From Christensenellales bacterium (lineage in GTDB: Bacteria; Bacillota; Clostridia; Christensenellales; UBA3700): a stretch of 64,000 nt of DNA. How positions within the stretch are numbered: position 1 is the stretch's first letter; the number at the start of each line of letters is the position of its first letter. The stretch covers positions 102,947 through 166,946 of the forward strand of contig JBJETT010000009.1 in the NCBI GenBank assembly GCA_051883455.1. The letters run 5' to 3'. Under the pieces are notes generated by a model. That model saw only the letters and a program-made list of their open reading frames with translations. It did not search any database and was not told the origin of the DNA. Shown in pieces: positions 7,112-17,074 of the stretch. Both the position numbers and the translations under genes were made by a program.

Positions 7112-8764
7112 ATGGACAATATGATTTTGACTCCCCTTCAGTTGTGGGAAGATTACGATCCTAAGGCGCAGCCTTTGCAAGCGTCGTTCCAACGCTACGA
7201 CGATAGAGGCGATTATTTTTACGTGCAAGGTTATTTCAACGGCGACAGCTATTCGGACGGCGTCGTACGTATTTTTTTCAAAGGTATGTTGCCAAAAGGC
7301 GACTGCAAAAAGTTGGCGATTTTGATTGACGACTACGATGGCAATTTGAGCGAAGAAAATTTCGAAGGCTTGATTAGACAAGGCTTTGGATATATCTTCT
7401 TCGATTATTGCGGAGAAAAGGTCGGCAGGCGCAACTATACCAAATACCCAAAGAGCATTGATTACGCCAACGTTTGTCGCGCAGGACAACACCTCGACCA
7501 CGCCATCCCCGACGCAAAAGCCACTTGCCACTTTGTGTGGACCAAAGTGTGCCGTAGAGTGATTACTTTGGCGACCTTTTTGCTAGGCGACGACGTGCAA
7601 ATCTTCTTGGTGGGACTACGCAAAGGCTCTACTATCGCTTGGCAAACGGCAGGCATGGACGGTAGAGTCGACGGATTGATTGCCACCTTGAACGCAGGTT
7701 GGGAAGAATACAGCGACTACCACAAATTTAGCGACAACGATATAGTGTTGAGTGACGAGAGAGCGCGTTGGCTTGCAGGTTGCGCCCCTCAAACTTATGC
7801 GAGATTTATCAAATGCCCTACTCTGTTTATCGGTGCAAGCAACAGCGACTTGACCCCCGTGGATAGATTGGAAAATACTCTCAACGTCATTGCCGAAAAG
7901 AATAAACTCAAAAAGTGTATCTGTGCGGGGCATTGCCACAGCGTAGATTATACGGCAATAAAGTTGGTTATTGAGTGGCTAAGCGCGACCTCGTCGGGCA
8001 AAGAATTGCCACACTCTCCTCAAATGAGCCTCGTGGTAAAGAACGGAAAACTCGTTGCCGAAGTAGCATTTGACGAAAGCGTTGCCGTAAGCGAACGCTG
8101 TATATATTATTCTTACGACGAGCTTGACCCAAAACTGAGAAGCTGGAACAAAATCGCCGTTGCCGAGGGCACGAGCGACGTGGCTATCCCGGTATACGCC
8201 AACAACGAAAGAATTTACGCTTACGCTCAAATAACTTATACGGAAGGATATTCTCTATCTTGTCTGTTGCGTACCTACGAAGTGGGCGAAGAGGACATCA
8301 GCTTTACCCCGCTAAAACGCTCACAAATAATATACGAACGCAAAAAAGGTACTAGTAGTTGGGTGGCTGAAGAGTGTGACGAATTCGATATTTGCAGTAC
8401 ACCTCACATGCAAAAGGGCGCCTTCGATATTATGGGCATCACCGCCGACAAGGGCGATTTGTCCACCTACACTCTCGGCGAGGCTAAATACTTCGGCGAC
8501 GACGACAACCTATTGCAGTTCGATACCTATTGTGCCGAGGAAAGGACGCTAGAGGTGGAATTGACGGTAGAAAACGGCGGGAAAATATCGCATTATACCA
8601 CGACGGTAAAACTCTCGGACGGTGACGCTTGGCAAAAACACCCTATCGAAAAACAACACTTCAAAACTGCCGATATGCTCCCTCTAAAAAGTTGGAAGGG
8701 GGTAAAAAAACTTACCTTCAAAAATATCAGCGGTGTGCTGATAAACAATATACTTTGGGTATAG
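7112..8764 (+). CDS. Hypothetical 550-aa protein, possibly alpha/beta-hydrolase-like N-terminal half with a beta-rich C-terminal half
   Basis: Long clean ORF. The N-terminal third loosely resembles acetyl-esterase / dienelactone-hydrolase-type proteins, but I cannot find a canonical GxSxG nucleophile elbow; the closest is VGLRKGSTIAW. Confidence 0.6.
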   Translation: MDNMILTPLQLWEDYDPKAQPLQASFQRYDDRGDYFYVQGYFNGDSYSDGVVRIFFKGMLPKGDCKKLAILIDDYDGNLSEENFEGLIRQGFGYIFFDYCGEKVGRRNYTKYPKSIDYANVCRAGQHLDHAIPDAKATCHFVWTKVCRRVITLATFLLGDDVQIFLVGLRKGSTIAWQTAGMDGRVDGLIATLNAGWEEYSDYHKFSDNDIVLSDERARWLAGCAPQTYARFIKCPTLFIGASNSDLTPVDRLENTLNVIAEKNKLKKCICAGHCHSVDYTAIKLVIEWLSATSSGKELPHSPQMSLVVKNGKLVAEVAFDESVAVSERCIYYSYDELDPKLRSWNKIAVAEGTSDVAIPVYANNERIYAYAQITYTEGYSLSCLLRTYEVGEEDISFTPLKRSQIIYERKKGTSSWVAEECDEFDICSTPHMQKGAFDIMGITADKGDLSTYTLGEAKYFGDDDNLLQFDTYCAEERTLEVELTVENGGKISHYTTTVKLSDGDAWQKHPIEKQHFKTADMLPLKSWKGVKKLTFKNISGVLINNILWV

Positions 8765-8765
8765 T

Positions 8766-8957
8766 ATGGAATACAAAATAGGCGACTTGGTTACAACCAA
8801 AAAAACTCACCCTTGCGGTGGCAATCGATGGGAAATAGTGCGTGTGGGCGCGGACTTCAAACTAAAATGCCTCACTTGCGGTAGAGTCGTAATGCTAGAT
8901 AGCGAAAGTGCAAAAAAAGCAATAAAATCAGTAGTAAAGGACGATAGCAATGACTAA
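8766..8957 (+). CDS. DUF951 family protein
   Basis: 63 aa. HPCGGNRWEIVRVGADFKLKCLTCGRVVML matches the conserved DUF951 core (HPCG..W...R.GAD...KC..CGR). Confidence 0.75.
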   Translation: MEYKIGDLVTTKKTHPCGGNRWEIVRVGADFKLKCLTCGRVVMLDSESAKKAIKSVVKDDSND

Positions 8958-9492
8958 AAGACCCGCTCTAATCAACTTGATCAACGTGTTTCTTTCGCTG
9001 ATTATCGTTGTGTTGATATTGGCAATTATATGCTTGCTGTGGATAATCTCGCCAATGATGGTGAGTGGCAACTCTATGCAAAACACTTTGCAAGATAGCA
9101 ACATAATTTGGGTGCAAAAGACGGGATACAACCTGCAAAAAGGCGACGTAATCGTATTCAAGCGCCCCGGAGCAGACAAACCGCCCGTCAAACGAATAAT
9201 TGCAACCCAAGGCGATACGGTACAGTTTGATATGATAGGTGGATACAAGGTCAACGGCGAGTATATCGACGAAGATTATCTATCATTCGACTTTGCCCAA
9301 CTCTACGACGAGTATTACTTTACGGGTACGCACCAGGACGCAACGGTAAGCGCACTGTTGATGACGACGGGCGTAATTGTGGGTGAAAACCAACTCTTCG
9401 TGTTGGGCGACAATAGAGGCGTTTCGCTGGATAGCCACAGCTACGGCTGTATAGAAATTGACTGGATAATAGGAAAAGTAGTAAACCTATAA
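8950..9492 (+). CDS. lepB: Signal peptidase I
   Basis: 180 aa with an N-terminal TM anchor. Has the catalytic Ser box SGNSMQNTL, the Lys box KRIIATQGD and the GDNRGVSLDS box. Overlaps the DUF951 gene by 8 bp. Confidence 0.85.
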   Translation: MTKRPALINLINVFLSLIIVVLILAIICLLWIISPMMVSGNSMQNTLQDSNIIWVQKTGYNLQKGDVIVFKRPGADKPPVKRIIATQGDTVQFDMIGGYKVNGEYIDEDYLSFDFAQLYDEYYFTGTHQDATVSALLMTTGVIVGENQLFVLGDNRGVSLDSHSYGCIEIDWIIGKVVNL

Positions 9493-9501
9493 GGAGTATA
9501 T

Positions 9502-9789
9502 ATGAAAGCAATAGTATCGGTAATTGGAAAAGACAAAAAGGGCATCATCGCAAAAGTAGCAACTAAGCTCAGCGAACTCGACGTCAATATCGAGGACATC
9601 TCGCAGACCATTATGCAAAACTTTTTTACCATGATAATGGCGGTAGATTTGAGCGAAAGCACTCATTCTTTTGAAGAAGTCAAGCAAGAGTTGACTACGA
9701 CGGGACAAGCTTTGGGCGTAGAAATACATATCCAATCGCAATCCATATTCGAAAGCATGCACCAGCTTACCACCAACACCACTCTATAA
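9502..9789 (+). CDS. ACT domain-containing protein (UPF0237 family)
   Basis: 95 aa. [36 protein letters not shown] is a typical ACT fold opening. AAGGAG RBS present, and it is paired with a UPF0210 gene as in many Firmicutes. Confidence 0.8.
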   Translation: MKAIVSVIGKDKKGIIAKVATKLSELDVNIEDISQTIMQNFFTMIMAVDLSESTHSFEEVKQELTTTGQALGVEIHIQSQSIFESMHQLTTNTTL

Positions 9790-9800
9790 ACGGACGAACT

Positions 9801-11150
9801 ATGTACACAAATAAAGAAATTATTGAAACTATCAACATGGTATCTCACCAACATCTTGACGTGAGAACAATTACTATGGGTATATCGTTGATGGACTGCA
9901 TCAGCGATAGCAAAACCCGAACCTGTGAAAAAATCTACGACAAAATCATGCGCAAAGCAGGCAATCTCGTCAAGGTCGGAGAGCAAATTAGCTCCGAGAT
10001 AGGCGTGCCTATCGTCAACAAGCGCGTGTCGGTGACACCAATCAGCCTAGTGAGCGCGTCGAGTCGCGGTCACTTAGAAATCATACGTACGCTAGACAAA
10101 ATAGCCGAAGAAATAGGCATCGACTTCTTGGGTGGCTACTCTGCGTTGGTGCACAAGGCTATGAGCCCTTACGAAGAAGAGTTTATTCGCTCTATCCCCG
10201 AGGCTCTATCCACTACCAATAAGATTTGTTCTTCAGTCAACGTTGCCACTTCTAAGGCGGGTATCAATATGGACGCCGTGGCTTTGATGGGCAAAATCGT
10301 CAAAGAGTGTGCCCTCGCCACCAAGGACAACGACTCTATGGCTTGCGCCAAGTTGGTTGTCTTTGCCAACGCCGTTGAGGACAATCCTTTTATGGCGGGC
10401 GCCTTCTTAGGTAGCGGTGAGGACGACACCGTCATCAACGTGGGCGTTTCGGGCCCGGGCGTGGTTAAGACGGCTCTCGAAAAAGTCGACGGTGACCTTA
10501 CGCAAGTGGCTGAATGTATCAAGCAAACCGCCTTCAAAATCACCAGAGTAGGTCAACTCGTCGCCAAAGAAGCAGCTAAAAGACTGGGCGTGTCGAGCGG
10601 TATAGTAGACCTTTCGCTAGCCCCTACCCCTGTCGTGGGCGATAGCGTGGCGCATATTCTAGAAGAAATCGGTCTGGAGAGCGTGGGCGCGTGCGGTACG
10701 ACCGCTACCCTAGCAATGCTCAACGACGCAGTCAAGAAAGGCGGTATAATGGCAAGCAGTCACGTAGGTGGACTGAGCGGTGCTTTTATCCCTGTTTCTG
10801 AGGACGCGGGAATGATTAAGGCTACGGAAATCGGTGCTCTCAATATCGAAAAACTCGAAGCTATGACTGCCGTATGCTCGGTTGGCTTGGATATGATTGC
10901 AATCCCGGGGGATACCGATGCCGACGTTATCTCTGCTCTGATAGCAGACGAAATAGCAATAGGCGTGGTCAACACTAAGACTACCGCGGTGAGAGTTATA
11001 CCTGTATACGGCAAAAAGGAAGGAGAATACGCCGAGTTCGGCGGACTGCTCGGTCGCGCACCTATCATGAAGATAAGCAAATATTCGCCAAGCAAATTTA
11101 TATCAAGGGGCGGACGTATACCTGCGCCTTTGCATAGCAACAAAAACTGA
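9801..11150 (+). CDS. UPF0210 / DUF711 (PFL-like fold) family protein
   Basis: 449 aa. The N-terminus ...[27 protein letters not shown] is characteristic of the UPF0210 family. It is conserved as a pair with the ACT gene. Confidence 0.8.
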   Translation: MYTNKEIIETINMVSHQHLDVRTITMGISLMDCISDSKTRTCEKIYDKIMRKAGNLVKVGEQISSEIGVPIVNKRVSVTPISLVSASSRGHLEIIRTLDKIAEEIGIDFLGGYSALVHKAMSPYEEEFIRSIPEALSTTNKICSSVNVATSKAGINMDAVALMGKIVKECALATKDNDSMACAKLVVFANAVEDNPFMAGAFLGSGEDDTVINVGVSGPGVVKTALEKVDGDLTQVAECIKQTAFKITRVGQLVAKEAAKRLGVSSGIVDLSLAPTPVVGDSVAHILEEIGLESVGACGTTATLAMLNDAVKKGGIMASSHVGGLSGAFIPVSEDAGMIKATEIGALNIEKLEAMTAVCSVGLDMIAIPGDTDADVISALIADEIAIGVVNTKTTAVRVIPVYGKKEGEYAEFGGLLGRAPIMKISKYSPSKFISRGGRIPAPLHSNKN

Positions 11151-11160
11151 CGAGGAAGAT

Positions 11161-11883
11161 ATGCAAGCAGAAGGAAAAAACGCCGTTGTTGAAGCGCTCG
11201 ATAGCAACGTGGTCGTAAAGAAACTCTACGTATGCAAAACCATGCGTGAGCTTGACAAAATTATCGACAAGGCAAAAATAAAAAATATCCCCGTAGCAAT
11301 GGTGGACAAGCGTGAGCTCGACAAAATGAGCGAAACTGGCAGACACCAAGGCGTGATTGCCGTGTGCAAGGACTTCGAATATACCCCTCTGGACGACGTG
11401 ATTGCTAAGGCGCGCCAAAAAGGCAAACAGCTATTCTTAGTGTTGTTGGACGGTATCGAAGACCCTCACAATCTTGGAAGCATCATTAGGGTTGCCGAGT
11501 GCTGTGGCGCAGACGCCGTAGTCATTCCTAATCGTAGAGCCGTGGGCGTTACCCCTACCGTCATAAGGGTTTCGGCGGGCGCAACCAACCACCTGCCCGT
11601 ATGCCTCGTAGGCAATATTAACGACGCCATACGCAAGCTAAAGGACGAGTTCGTAGGCGTTATATGCGCCGATATGGACGGCGAGCCTCTCAATCAAGCC
11701 CGACTTGACGGCGATATCGCTATAGTCGTAGGCAACGAAGGAAGCGGGGTCAAAGCTTTGACGGCGAAGTTGTGCGACAAGACCGTAGCCATACCTCAGT
11801 TTGGCAAAGTAAACTCGCTCAACGCTTCGGTCGCTTGCGGAATTATTTGCTACGAAATAGTTAGACAAAGACTAGAAAAATAA
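11161..11883 (+). CDS. rlmB: 23S rRNA (guanosine-2'-O)-methyltransferase, TrmH/SpoU group 3 (RlmB-like)
   Basis: 240 aa with SpoU motifs: LDGIEDPHNLGSIIRVAECCGA, IVVGNEGSGV and the SLNASVACGIICYE trefoil-knot C-terminus. Confidence 0.8.
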   Translation: MQAEGKNAVVEALDSNVVVKKLYVCKTMRELDKIIDKAKIKNIPVAMVDKRELDKMSETGRHQGVIAVCKDFEYTPLDDVIAKARQKGKQLFLVLLDGIEDPHNLGSIIRVAECCGADAVVIPNRRAVGVTPTVIRVSAGATNHLPVCLVGNINDAIRKLKDEFVGVICADMDGEPLNQARLDGDIAIVVGNEGSGVKALTAKLCDKTVAIPQFGKVNSLNASVACGIICYEIVRQRLEK

Positions 11884-11887
11884 AACG

Positions 11888-11916
11888 AAAAAGCCCACGA
11901 TAATCACGGGGCTTTT
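11888..11916 (+). terminator. Possible terminator after rlmB
   Basis: AAAGCCC...GGGCTTT forms a 7-bp stem with a loop of about 13 nt, followed by TCGG. The U-tract is weak. Confidence 0.4.
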
Positions 11917-12055
11917 CGGTGTCGTAAAGACATAAAGAAAAAATTATGTTTTGCTACCTAATCTATACTTACATATTACTTATCGTGTATTAAACCTTCA
12001 TTAAATTATCAAAAAATTTTTTTAATATTGGTTTAAGACAATGCAAGGAGGGATT

Positions 12056-12733
12056 ATGAGAATTTTGTTGGTTGAGGACTCGATAAGCTTGTGCGAGGTA
12101 CTCACCGAAGTGCTACAAAAAGAAAAATATGAGGTTCAATGCGCCTACGACGGAGAAGAGGGGCTTAGCCTCGCCGTGTCGGATATATTCGACCTAATCA
12201 TACTCGACGTGATGATGCCTAAGAAAAACGGCTTCGACGTGCTAAAAGAGTTGAGAGCAAAAAAGATTTCTACTCCCGTCATCATGCTGACTGCCCTATC
12301 GCAAGAATCAAACAAGGTGCAAGGGCTCGACCTAGGCGCGGACGACTATCTGTCCAAGCCTTTTTCTACCTCGGAATTGCTGGCGAGAATTAGGGCGATT
12401 TTGCGTAGAAGAGGCGACCTTACTGTAGAGAACACCCTGTCCTATCAAGGCGTGGTGCTCAACTTGTCTAGTTATCAGTTGATTAGGGGCACCAAGTCGG
12501 TCAAACTGTCGCAAAAAGAGTGCGATATTATGCGTTACTTTATGGAAAGACCACGTTACGTGGCGGAAAAAGAAGCTCTAATCAACAAGGTGTGGGGCTT
12601 CGACAACACCTTTGAGTCCAATTCTTTGGAGGTCTTTATATCCTTTTTGAGAAAAAAACTATCCTTTATCGACGCGCCTTTCGTCATCAATTCGATAAGA
12701 GGCGTGGGATATCAGTTGGGGGATAAACAATGA
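12056..12733 (+). CDS. OmpR-family DNA-binding response regulator
   Basis: I take the ATG at 12056, preceded by AAGGAGGG. The sequence starts MRILLVEDS, with the receiver Asp in LIILDVMMP and a winged-helix C-terminus (...IRGVGYQL). Confidence 0.88.
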   Translation: MRILLVEDSISLCEVLTEVLQKEKYEVQCAYDGEEGLSLAVSDIFDLIILDVMMPKKNGFDVLKELRAKKISTPVIMLTALSQESNKVQGLDLGADDYLSKPFSTSELLARIRAILRRRGDLTVENTLSYQGVVLNLSSYQLIRGTKSVKLSQKECDIMRYFMERPRYVAEKEALINKVWGFDNTFESNSLEVFISFLRKKLSFIDAPFVINSIRGVGYQLGDKQ

Positions 12734-13959
12734 ATATGTTTCGTGACGCGCAACTAAAGTTTATGCTCATACCGCTATTGGTGTGCGCTACTCTTTTGTG
12801 CGTCGTTTTTTCGGCAATATTTGCCATTGCTTCTACCTCCTCCCTCAAGAGCGCTCGCGATTACGTCACCGACGCGCAATCCGTCGGTACGGAAAAGGCG
12901 ATGAATTCAGGCTATCAATTTAGATGTATAACCGTGATACAATTCGCCGACGGACAAGTACTTACGTCAAAAGACGACTTTTTTGCAAACGTCAATCTAT
13001 CAAAACTGTTAGACGACGCAAAGGACGGCTCCAACAACGTCATCAAAGCGGGTGAATTGTCGTTGGTAGTAGGCTACAAAAACGACCTATTCAACGAATG
13101 TCCCGTAGCAAGATATACCATATACGATTATTCTTCCGAACGCGCTACACTCAACAATCTCGTTTTGACGTTGGTGGTGGTATATATTATTACGGTATTG
13201 ATAATCGGTCTGTTGTCTTACTTATTCTCGGCTAGCGCCGTCGAGCCAATGAATATTGCCTTCAAAAAGCAACAAGAACTTATCGCCAACGCTTCGCACG
13301 AGCTCAAAACACCTCTTACTATTGCTTTGACCAACATTGACTTGGTTTCGAGCGAGCCCAAACAAACGGTACTTGAAAACAAAAAGTGGCTGGATAGCGC
13401 AACCTACCAACTCAAGAGAATGAATAGCCTCGTGCTGCAAATGTTGGAGCTTTCTCGCCTTGAGATGAGAGGCAAGCAGCTTCACCACGACGACGTCAAC
13501 CTAAGCGACTTAGCTACGGGCACGCTGTTGTCCTTCGAGGCTTCTATATACGAAAAAAACATATTGCTCACTGCCGATATTGCTCAAGACGTGCATTACG
13601 AGTGCGATAGAATAGAGGTGGAAAAGTTGATGACTATTCTGCTCGACAACGCCAAAAAGTATACGCCTGAAGAAGGCGAAATAACCTTTACGCTTCAAAG
13701 CTTGCCGAAGGCTATCAAGCTGAGAGTAACCAATTCGGGAAACGGTCTTAGCAAAGAAGAATGCGAAAACGTCTTTGAGAGATTCTATAAGTCAGACCAA
13801 TCACACAAAGAGAGTGGCAACAGCTTTGGACTCGGTCTGTCTATCGCCAAATCGGTAGTAGCATCTCTCGGCGGCAGCATAAGGTGTATGAGCGACGGTA
13901 TGAGTTGGACTGCGTTCGAGATAACTCTACCCGTCAAGCCTTCCAAAAACGCTAAATAA
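12730..13959 (+). CDS. Sensor histidine kinase
   Basis: 409 aa with two TM segments flanking an extracytoplasmic loop of about 120 aa. H-box ASHELKTPLT, N box LLDNAKKYT and G boxes GLGLSIAK are present. It overlaps the regulator gene by 4 bp (ATGA). Confidence 0.88.
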   Translation: MNMFRDAQLKFMLIPLLVCATLLCVVFSAIFAIASTSSLKSARDYVTDAQSVGTEKAMNSGYQFRCITVIQFADGQVLTSKDDFFANVNLSKLLDDAKDGSNNVIKAGELSLVVGYKNDLFNECPVARYTIYDYSSERATLNNLVLTLVVVYIITVLIIGLLSYLFSASAVEPMNIAFKKQQELIANASHELKTPLTIALTNIDLVSSEPKQTVLENKKWLDSATYQLKRMNSLVLQMLELSRLEMRGKQLHHDDVNLSDLATGTLLSFEASIYEKNILLTADIAQDVHYECDRIEVEKLMTILLDNAKKYTPEEGEITFTLQSLPKAIKLRVTNSGNGLSKEECENVFERFYKSDQSHKESGNSFGLGLSIAKSVVASLGGSIRCMSDGMSWTAFEITLPVKPSKNAK

Positions 13960-13975
13960 ATCAATACGTATCGAC

Positions 13976-14013
13976 AAAAATGCAACCGACGCAAATATTC
14001 GGTTGCATTTTTT
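13976..14013. terminator. Bidirectional intrinsic terminator between convergent HK and rsmI transcripts
   Basis: AAAAA-TGCAACCGA-(9 nt loop)-TCGGTTGCA-TTTTTT is a 9-bp perfect stem with A- and T-tracts on either side. Confidence 0.8.
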
Positions 14014-14111
14014 AACAAATTTGGTGTTGTCAATTATTGCTTATTTAGTTATAAATAATTGCTTGTTTTGTTAATAGTTTCTCTTTTTTTGTTGCAAATT
14101 TTAACTCTTTA

Positions 14112-14927
14112 TTATTCTTCAAACAGTTGCATTGCCACCTTGTAAACTTGGTCTTTGGTCAACTTGTTTTGTTTGGCTACTTGTTTGATTGCTTCCTTCT
14201 TGTCAATGCCTTGGCTAATCTTGTCTTGCAGTTGCTCTTCTATGCTCTTGCTCTCTTGTTCAATAATCTGAACAGGGTGTTCCACTATCAGCACGAACTC
14301 ACCCTTTGGATTGTCGATTTGCATCTCACCCAAAACGCCGATGACGTGGCTCTCGTGAATTTTGGTAAGTTCTTTGATTACGTGTACGCGTCTATCTCCA
14401 AACTCCTTGTACATTGCGTCTAAATCTTTATTGACGTCGTAAGGCGAGCTATAAAACACCAACGCACTGTCGTAGCTTGCAAGTTTTGCAAGCAAAGCCT
14501 TTTTGTCCTTGTCCCTGCTCGGTAAAAAGCCTACGAAAGTCCATATCGGTCTTGTTATTCCGCTGAGTGCCATTGCACTGGCAACCGCAGTAGGTCCCGG
14601 GACAACCTCGATATCGTAGCCTCTCAAGGTCAGCTGTTCTACTACTATTGCCCCCGGGTCGGAGATGCAAGGCATGCCCGCGTCGGTGATAAGCGCAACG
14701 CTTTGTCCTTGGTCGAGCAATGAAGCAATCTTCTCGGTGCTCTCCCTCTCGTTGTGTTGGTGACAACTAAAGAGGGGCTTTTTGATACCGTAATAGTTGA
14801 GAAGTCCAAGAGAGTGACGAGTATCTTCGCAAGCAATCGCCGACGCTTCTTTGAGCGTCTCTATTGCCCTAAACGATACGTCGCCGAGATTGCCTATCGG
14901 CGTGCCTACCAGGTACAACTTAGCCAT
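14112..14927 (-). CDS. rsmI: 16S rRNA (cytidine1402-2'-O)-methyltransferase
   Basis: 271 aa. [39 protein letters not shown] is the RsmI/tetrapyrrole-methylase-fold signature. Its ATG overlaps the cysS TAA by 1 nt (TAATG). Confidence 0.85.
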   Translation of the reverse strand: MAKLYLVGTPIGNLGDVSFRAIETLKEASAIACEDTRHSLGLLNYYGIKKPLFSCHQHNERESTEKIASLLDQGQSVALITDAGMPCISDPGAIVVEQLTLRGYDIEVVPGPTAVASAMALSGITRPIWTFVGFLPSRDKDKKALLAKLASYDSALVFYSSPYDVNKDLDAMYKEFGDRRVHVIKELTKIHESHVIGVLGEMQIDNPKGEFVLIVEHPVQIIEQESKSIEEQLQDKISQGIDKKEAIKQVAKQNKLTKDQVYKVAMQLFEE

Positions 14928-16315
14928 TAGTTTTTATTGAGCTTATAGCCGTCTTTGGTATCGAGAATTGCGTAGCCTTTTTGTGCTATTTGCGCACGCA
15001 AGCTGTCTGCCAAGGCGTAATTTTTGTCGGCTTTGGCTTGCTTTCTTTGTTCTGCAAGGTCGATGACGTCTTGAGGTGCGCTCTCTTGTTCGCTTTGCAT
15101 AGGTGCGGCTTTGTCGAGGCTCAAGCCCAATACTTTATCGAAGTCCAACGCCATAGCATATACGTCCTTGCTCTTTGGCTCTTTGACCATCTTCCAAAGC
15201 ACGCCGAGCGCCATAGGAATGTTGATATCGTCGTCTATTGCGTCGCAAAATTCCTTCTTGTACTTTTCGAGCACCGCGGTATCGGTGGTGGCGTTGCTAA
15301 TCTTGTGCTCGTAGAGAGCAGACAATAGCCTTGCGTAAGATACCTTGGCTCCGTCCATACCTTCGAAGGTAAAGTTGAGCTTTTTGCGATAGTGAGCGTT
15401 GAGGCAGAAGTATCTAAAATCCATTGCACTGTAGCCCATTTCTTCAAGTTGACTGATACGATAGGTGTTGCCTAGGCTCTTGGACATCTTGCCGTTGTTG
15501 ACGAGCATAAACTCGCCGTGCATCCAATAGTTGACGGTCTTGCAACCCGTGAGCGCTTCGTTTTGCGCAATTTCGTTTTCGTGGTGAACAGGTATGTGGT
15601 CAACTCCGCCCGTGTGCAAATCGAAGATTTCGCCGAGGTACTTTCTACTCATAGCCGAGCACTCGATATGCCAACCCGGATATCCCATGCCCCAAGGGCT
15701 AGGCCATTGCATTATGTGGTTAGGCTCAGCCTTTTTCCATACCGCAAAGTCGGCAGGGTGACGCTTTTGGCTATTGACGTCCACTCTTGCGCCCGCCTGT
15801 TGGTCGTCGAGTTTTAGACGACTGAGTTTGCCATACTCGGGGAATTTGGATATATCGAAGTAAATGCCGTCGTCGATTTCGTAAGCGTATCCCTTGTCCA
15901 CCAAGGCTTGCACGTACTTGATCATGTCTTGGATATGGTCGGTGGCTTTGGCGATAATCTCGGGTTTGCCGATATTGAGCTTGTTCAAGTCTTCAAAGAA
16001 TACGCCCGTGTAATACTCGGCTATCTCGTAAGGCGACTTTTGTTGTTCTCTACTAGCCTTAGCCATCTTATCTTCGCCGTCGTCGGCGTCGGACATTAGG
16101 TGTCCTACGTCGGTTATGTTCATAACGCCTTTGATTTTGTAGCCGTCGTATTTGAGCACTCTGCGCAATATATCCATAAAGATATACGTCCTAAGATTGC
16201 CTATATGAGCGTAGTTGTACACCGTTGGTCCACAACTATACATGCACACCTTGTTGTCTTTGATTGGTTTGAATTCTTCTTTTTCTCTAGTCAACGTATT
16301 GTATACTTTAAGCAT
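14927..16315 (-). CDS. cysS: Cysteine--tRNA ligase
   Basis: Class I motifs HIGN ([10 protein letters not shown]) and KMSKS (GKMSKSLGN) are present. I prefer the ATG at 16315 (MLKVYNTLT..., 9 nt after GGAG) over the track start at 16354. It overlaps the cysE stop by 8 nt. Confidence 0.9.
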   Translation of the reverse strand: MLKVYNTLTREKEEFKPIKDNKVCMYSCGPTVYNYAHIGNLRTYIFMDILRRVLKYDGYKIKGVMNITDVGHLMSDADDGEDKMAKASREQQKSPYEIAEYYTGVFFEDLNKLNIGKPEIIAKATDHIQDMIKYVQALVDKGYAYEIDDGIYFDISKFPEYGKLSRLKLDDQQAGARVDVNSQKRHPADFAVWKKAEPNHIMQWPSPWGMGYPGWHIECSAMSRKYLGEIFDLHTGGVDHIPVHHENEIAQNEALTGCKTVNYWMHGEFMLVNNGKMSKSLGNTYRISQLEEMGYSAMDFRYFCLNAHYRKKLNFTFEGMDGAKVSYARLLSALYEHKISNATTDTAVLEKYKKEFCDAIDDDINIPMALGVLWKMVKEPKSKDVYAMALDFDKVLGLSLDKAAPMQSEQESAPQDVIDLAEQRKQAKADKNYALADSLRAQIAQKGYAILDTKDGYKLNKN

Positions 16316-17015
16316 TGTCATCTTCTCCTTTTGGTTGTTTGAATTCTTCGGCAAGTACTGCGTCGTCGCTCATCGTGATACTGTATTTGCACGAATGCAC
16401 GTCAAGCTTTTCTTCAAGCTTTGCCATACGGTCGTTGATTCTCTTGAACTCTTCGAGTATCGGGTCAGGCAGCTTGATTTGGTTGAGGTCGTCCACGCGC
16501 TCGGTGTTTTGTCTAACTATTCTACCCGGCACGCCTACCACCGTGCAGTGTGGCGGAACGTCTTTGAGTACGACGCTACCAGCGCCTATCTTGCTATCGT
16601 GTCCTATCGTGATTGGACCGAGCACCTTGGCTCCCGCCGATATCATGACGTTGTCTTGTATGGTTGGGTGTCTTTTGCCCGTGTCCTTGCCCGTACCACC
16701 CAAGGTAACGCCTTGGTAGATTACCACGTTGCTACCAACCTCAGCCGTCTCGCCGATGACTACGCCTACGCCGTGGTCAATGAAGACTCCGCCCGCAATC
16801 TTAGCGGCAGGGTGAATGTCCACACCCGTCAAACGTCTAGTGCGGGAAGCGATGGCTTTGGCAAGAAAAATCATCTTGTGATTATAAAACCAATGCGCAA
16901 TGCGGTGGCGGAACAAAGCCTTGAAGCCACCGTAAGTAAAAAAGATTTCCGCTTTGTTGCGTGCGGCAGGGTCCTTCTCCATTGCCACTTGCAAGTCTTG
17001 TTTTATCTTTCCCAT
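16308..17015 (-). CDS. cysE: Serine O-acetyltransferase
   Basis: 235 aa. Has the SATase N-terminal helices (DPAARNKAEIFFTYGGFKALFRHRIAHW) and hexapeptide repeats (GVDIHPAAKIAGGVFIDHGVGVVIGETAEVG). AGGAG RBS present. Confidence 0.9.
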   Translation of the reverse strand: MGKIKQDLQVAMEKDPAARNKAEIFFTYGGFKALFRHRIAHWFYNHKMIFLAKAIASRTRRLTGVDIHPAAKIAGGVFIDHGVGVVIGETAEVGSNVVIYQGVTLGGTGKDTGKRHPTIQDNVMISAGAKVLGPITIGHDSKIGAGSVVLKDVPPHCTVVGVPGRIVRQNTERVDDLNQIKLPDPILEEFKRINDRMAKLEEKLDVHSCKYSITMSDDAVLAEEFKQPKGEDDNA

Positions 17016-17074
17016 TTCTACTCCTATTTATATCAAATAACTCGATACGTATCGTTGTTTTCGTTGTTTTTGCA

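Noticed and set aside
7025-7531. N-terminal 169-aa extension of the 6575-7531 minus-strand ORF.
   Set aside because: It would overlap 420 nt of the well-supported 7112-8764 gene and its promoter. The internal ATG at 7024 has a GGTG RBS, and the extension has odd composition.
14014-14111. Shared short words (AATTTGGT, TAATTGCT, TTGCTTGTT) between the 3' regions of rsmI (14014-14111) and alaS (22361-22494).
   Set aside because: The matches are 8-9 nt in A/T-rich DNA with no consistent order or structure, so they are compatible with chance.
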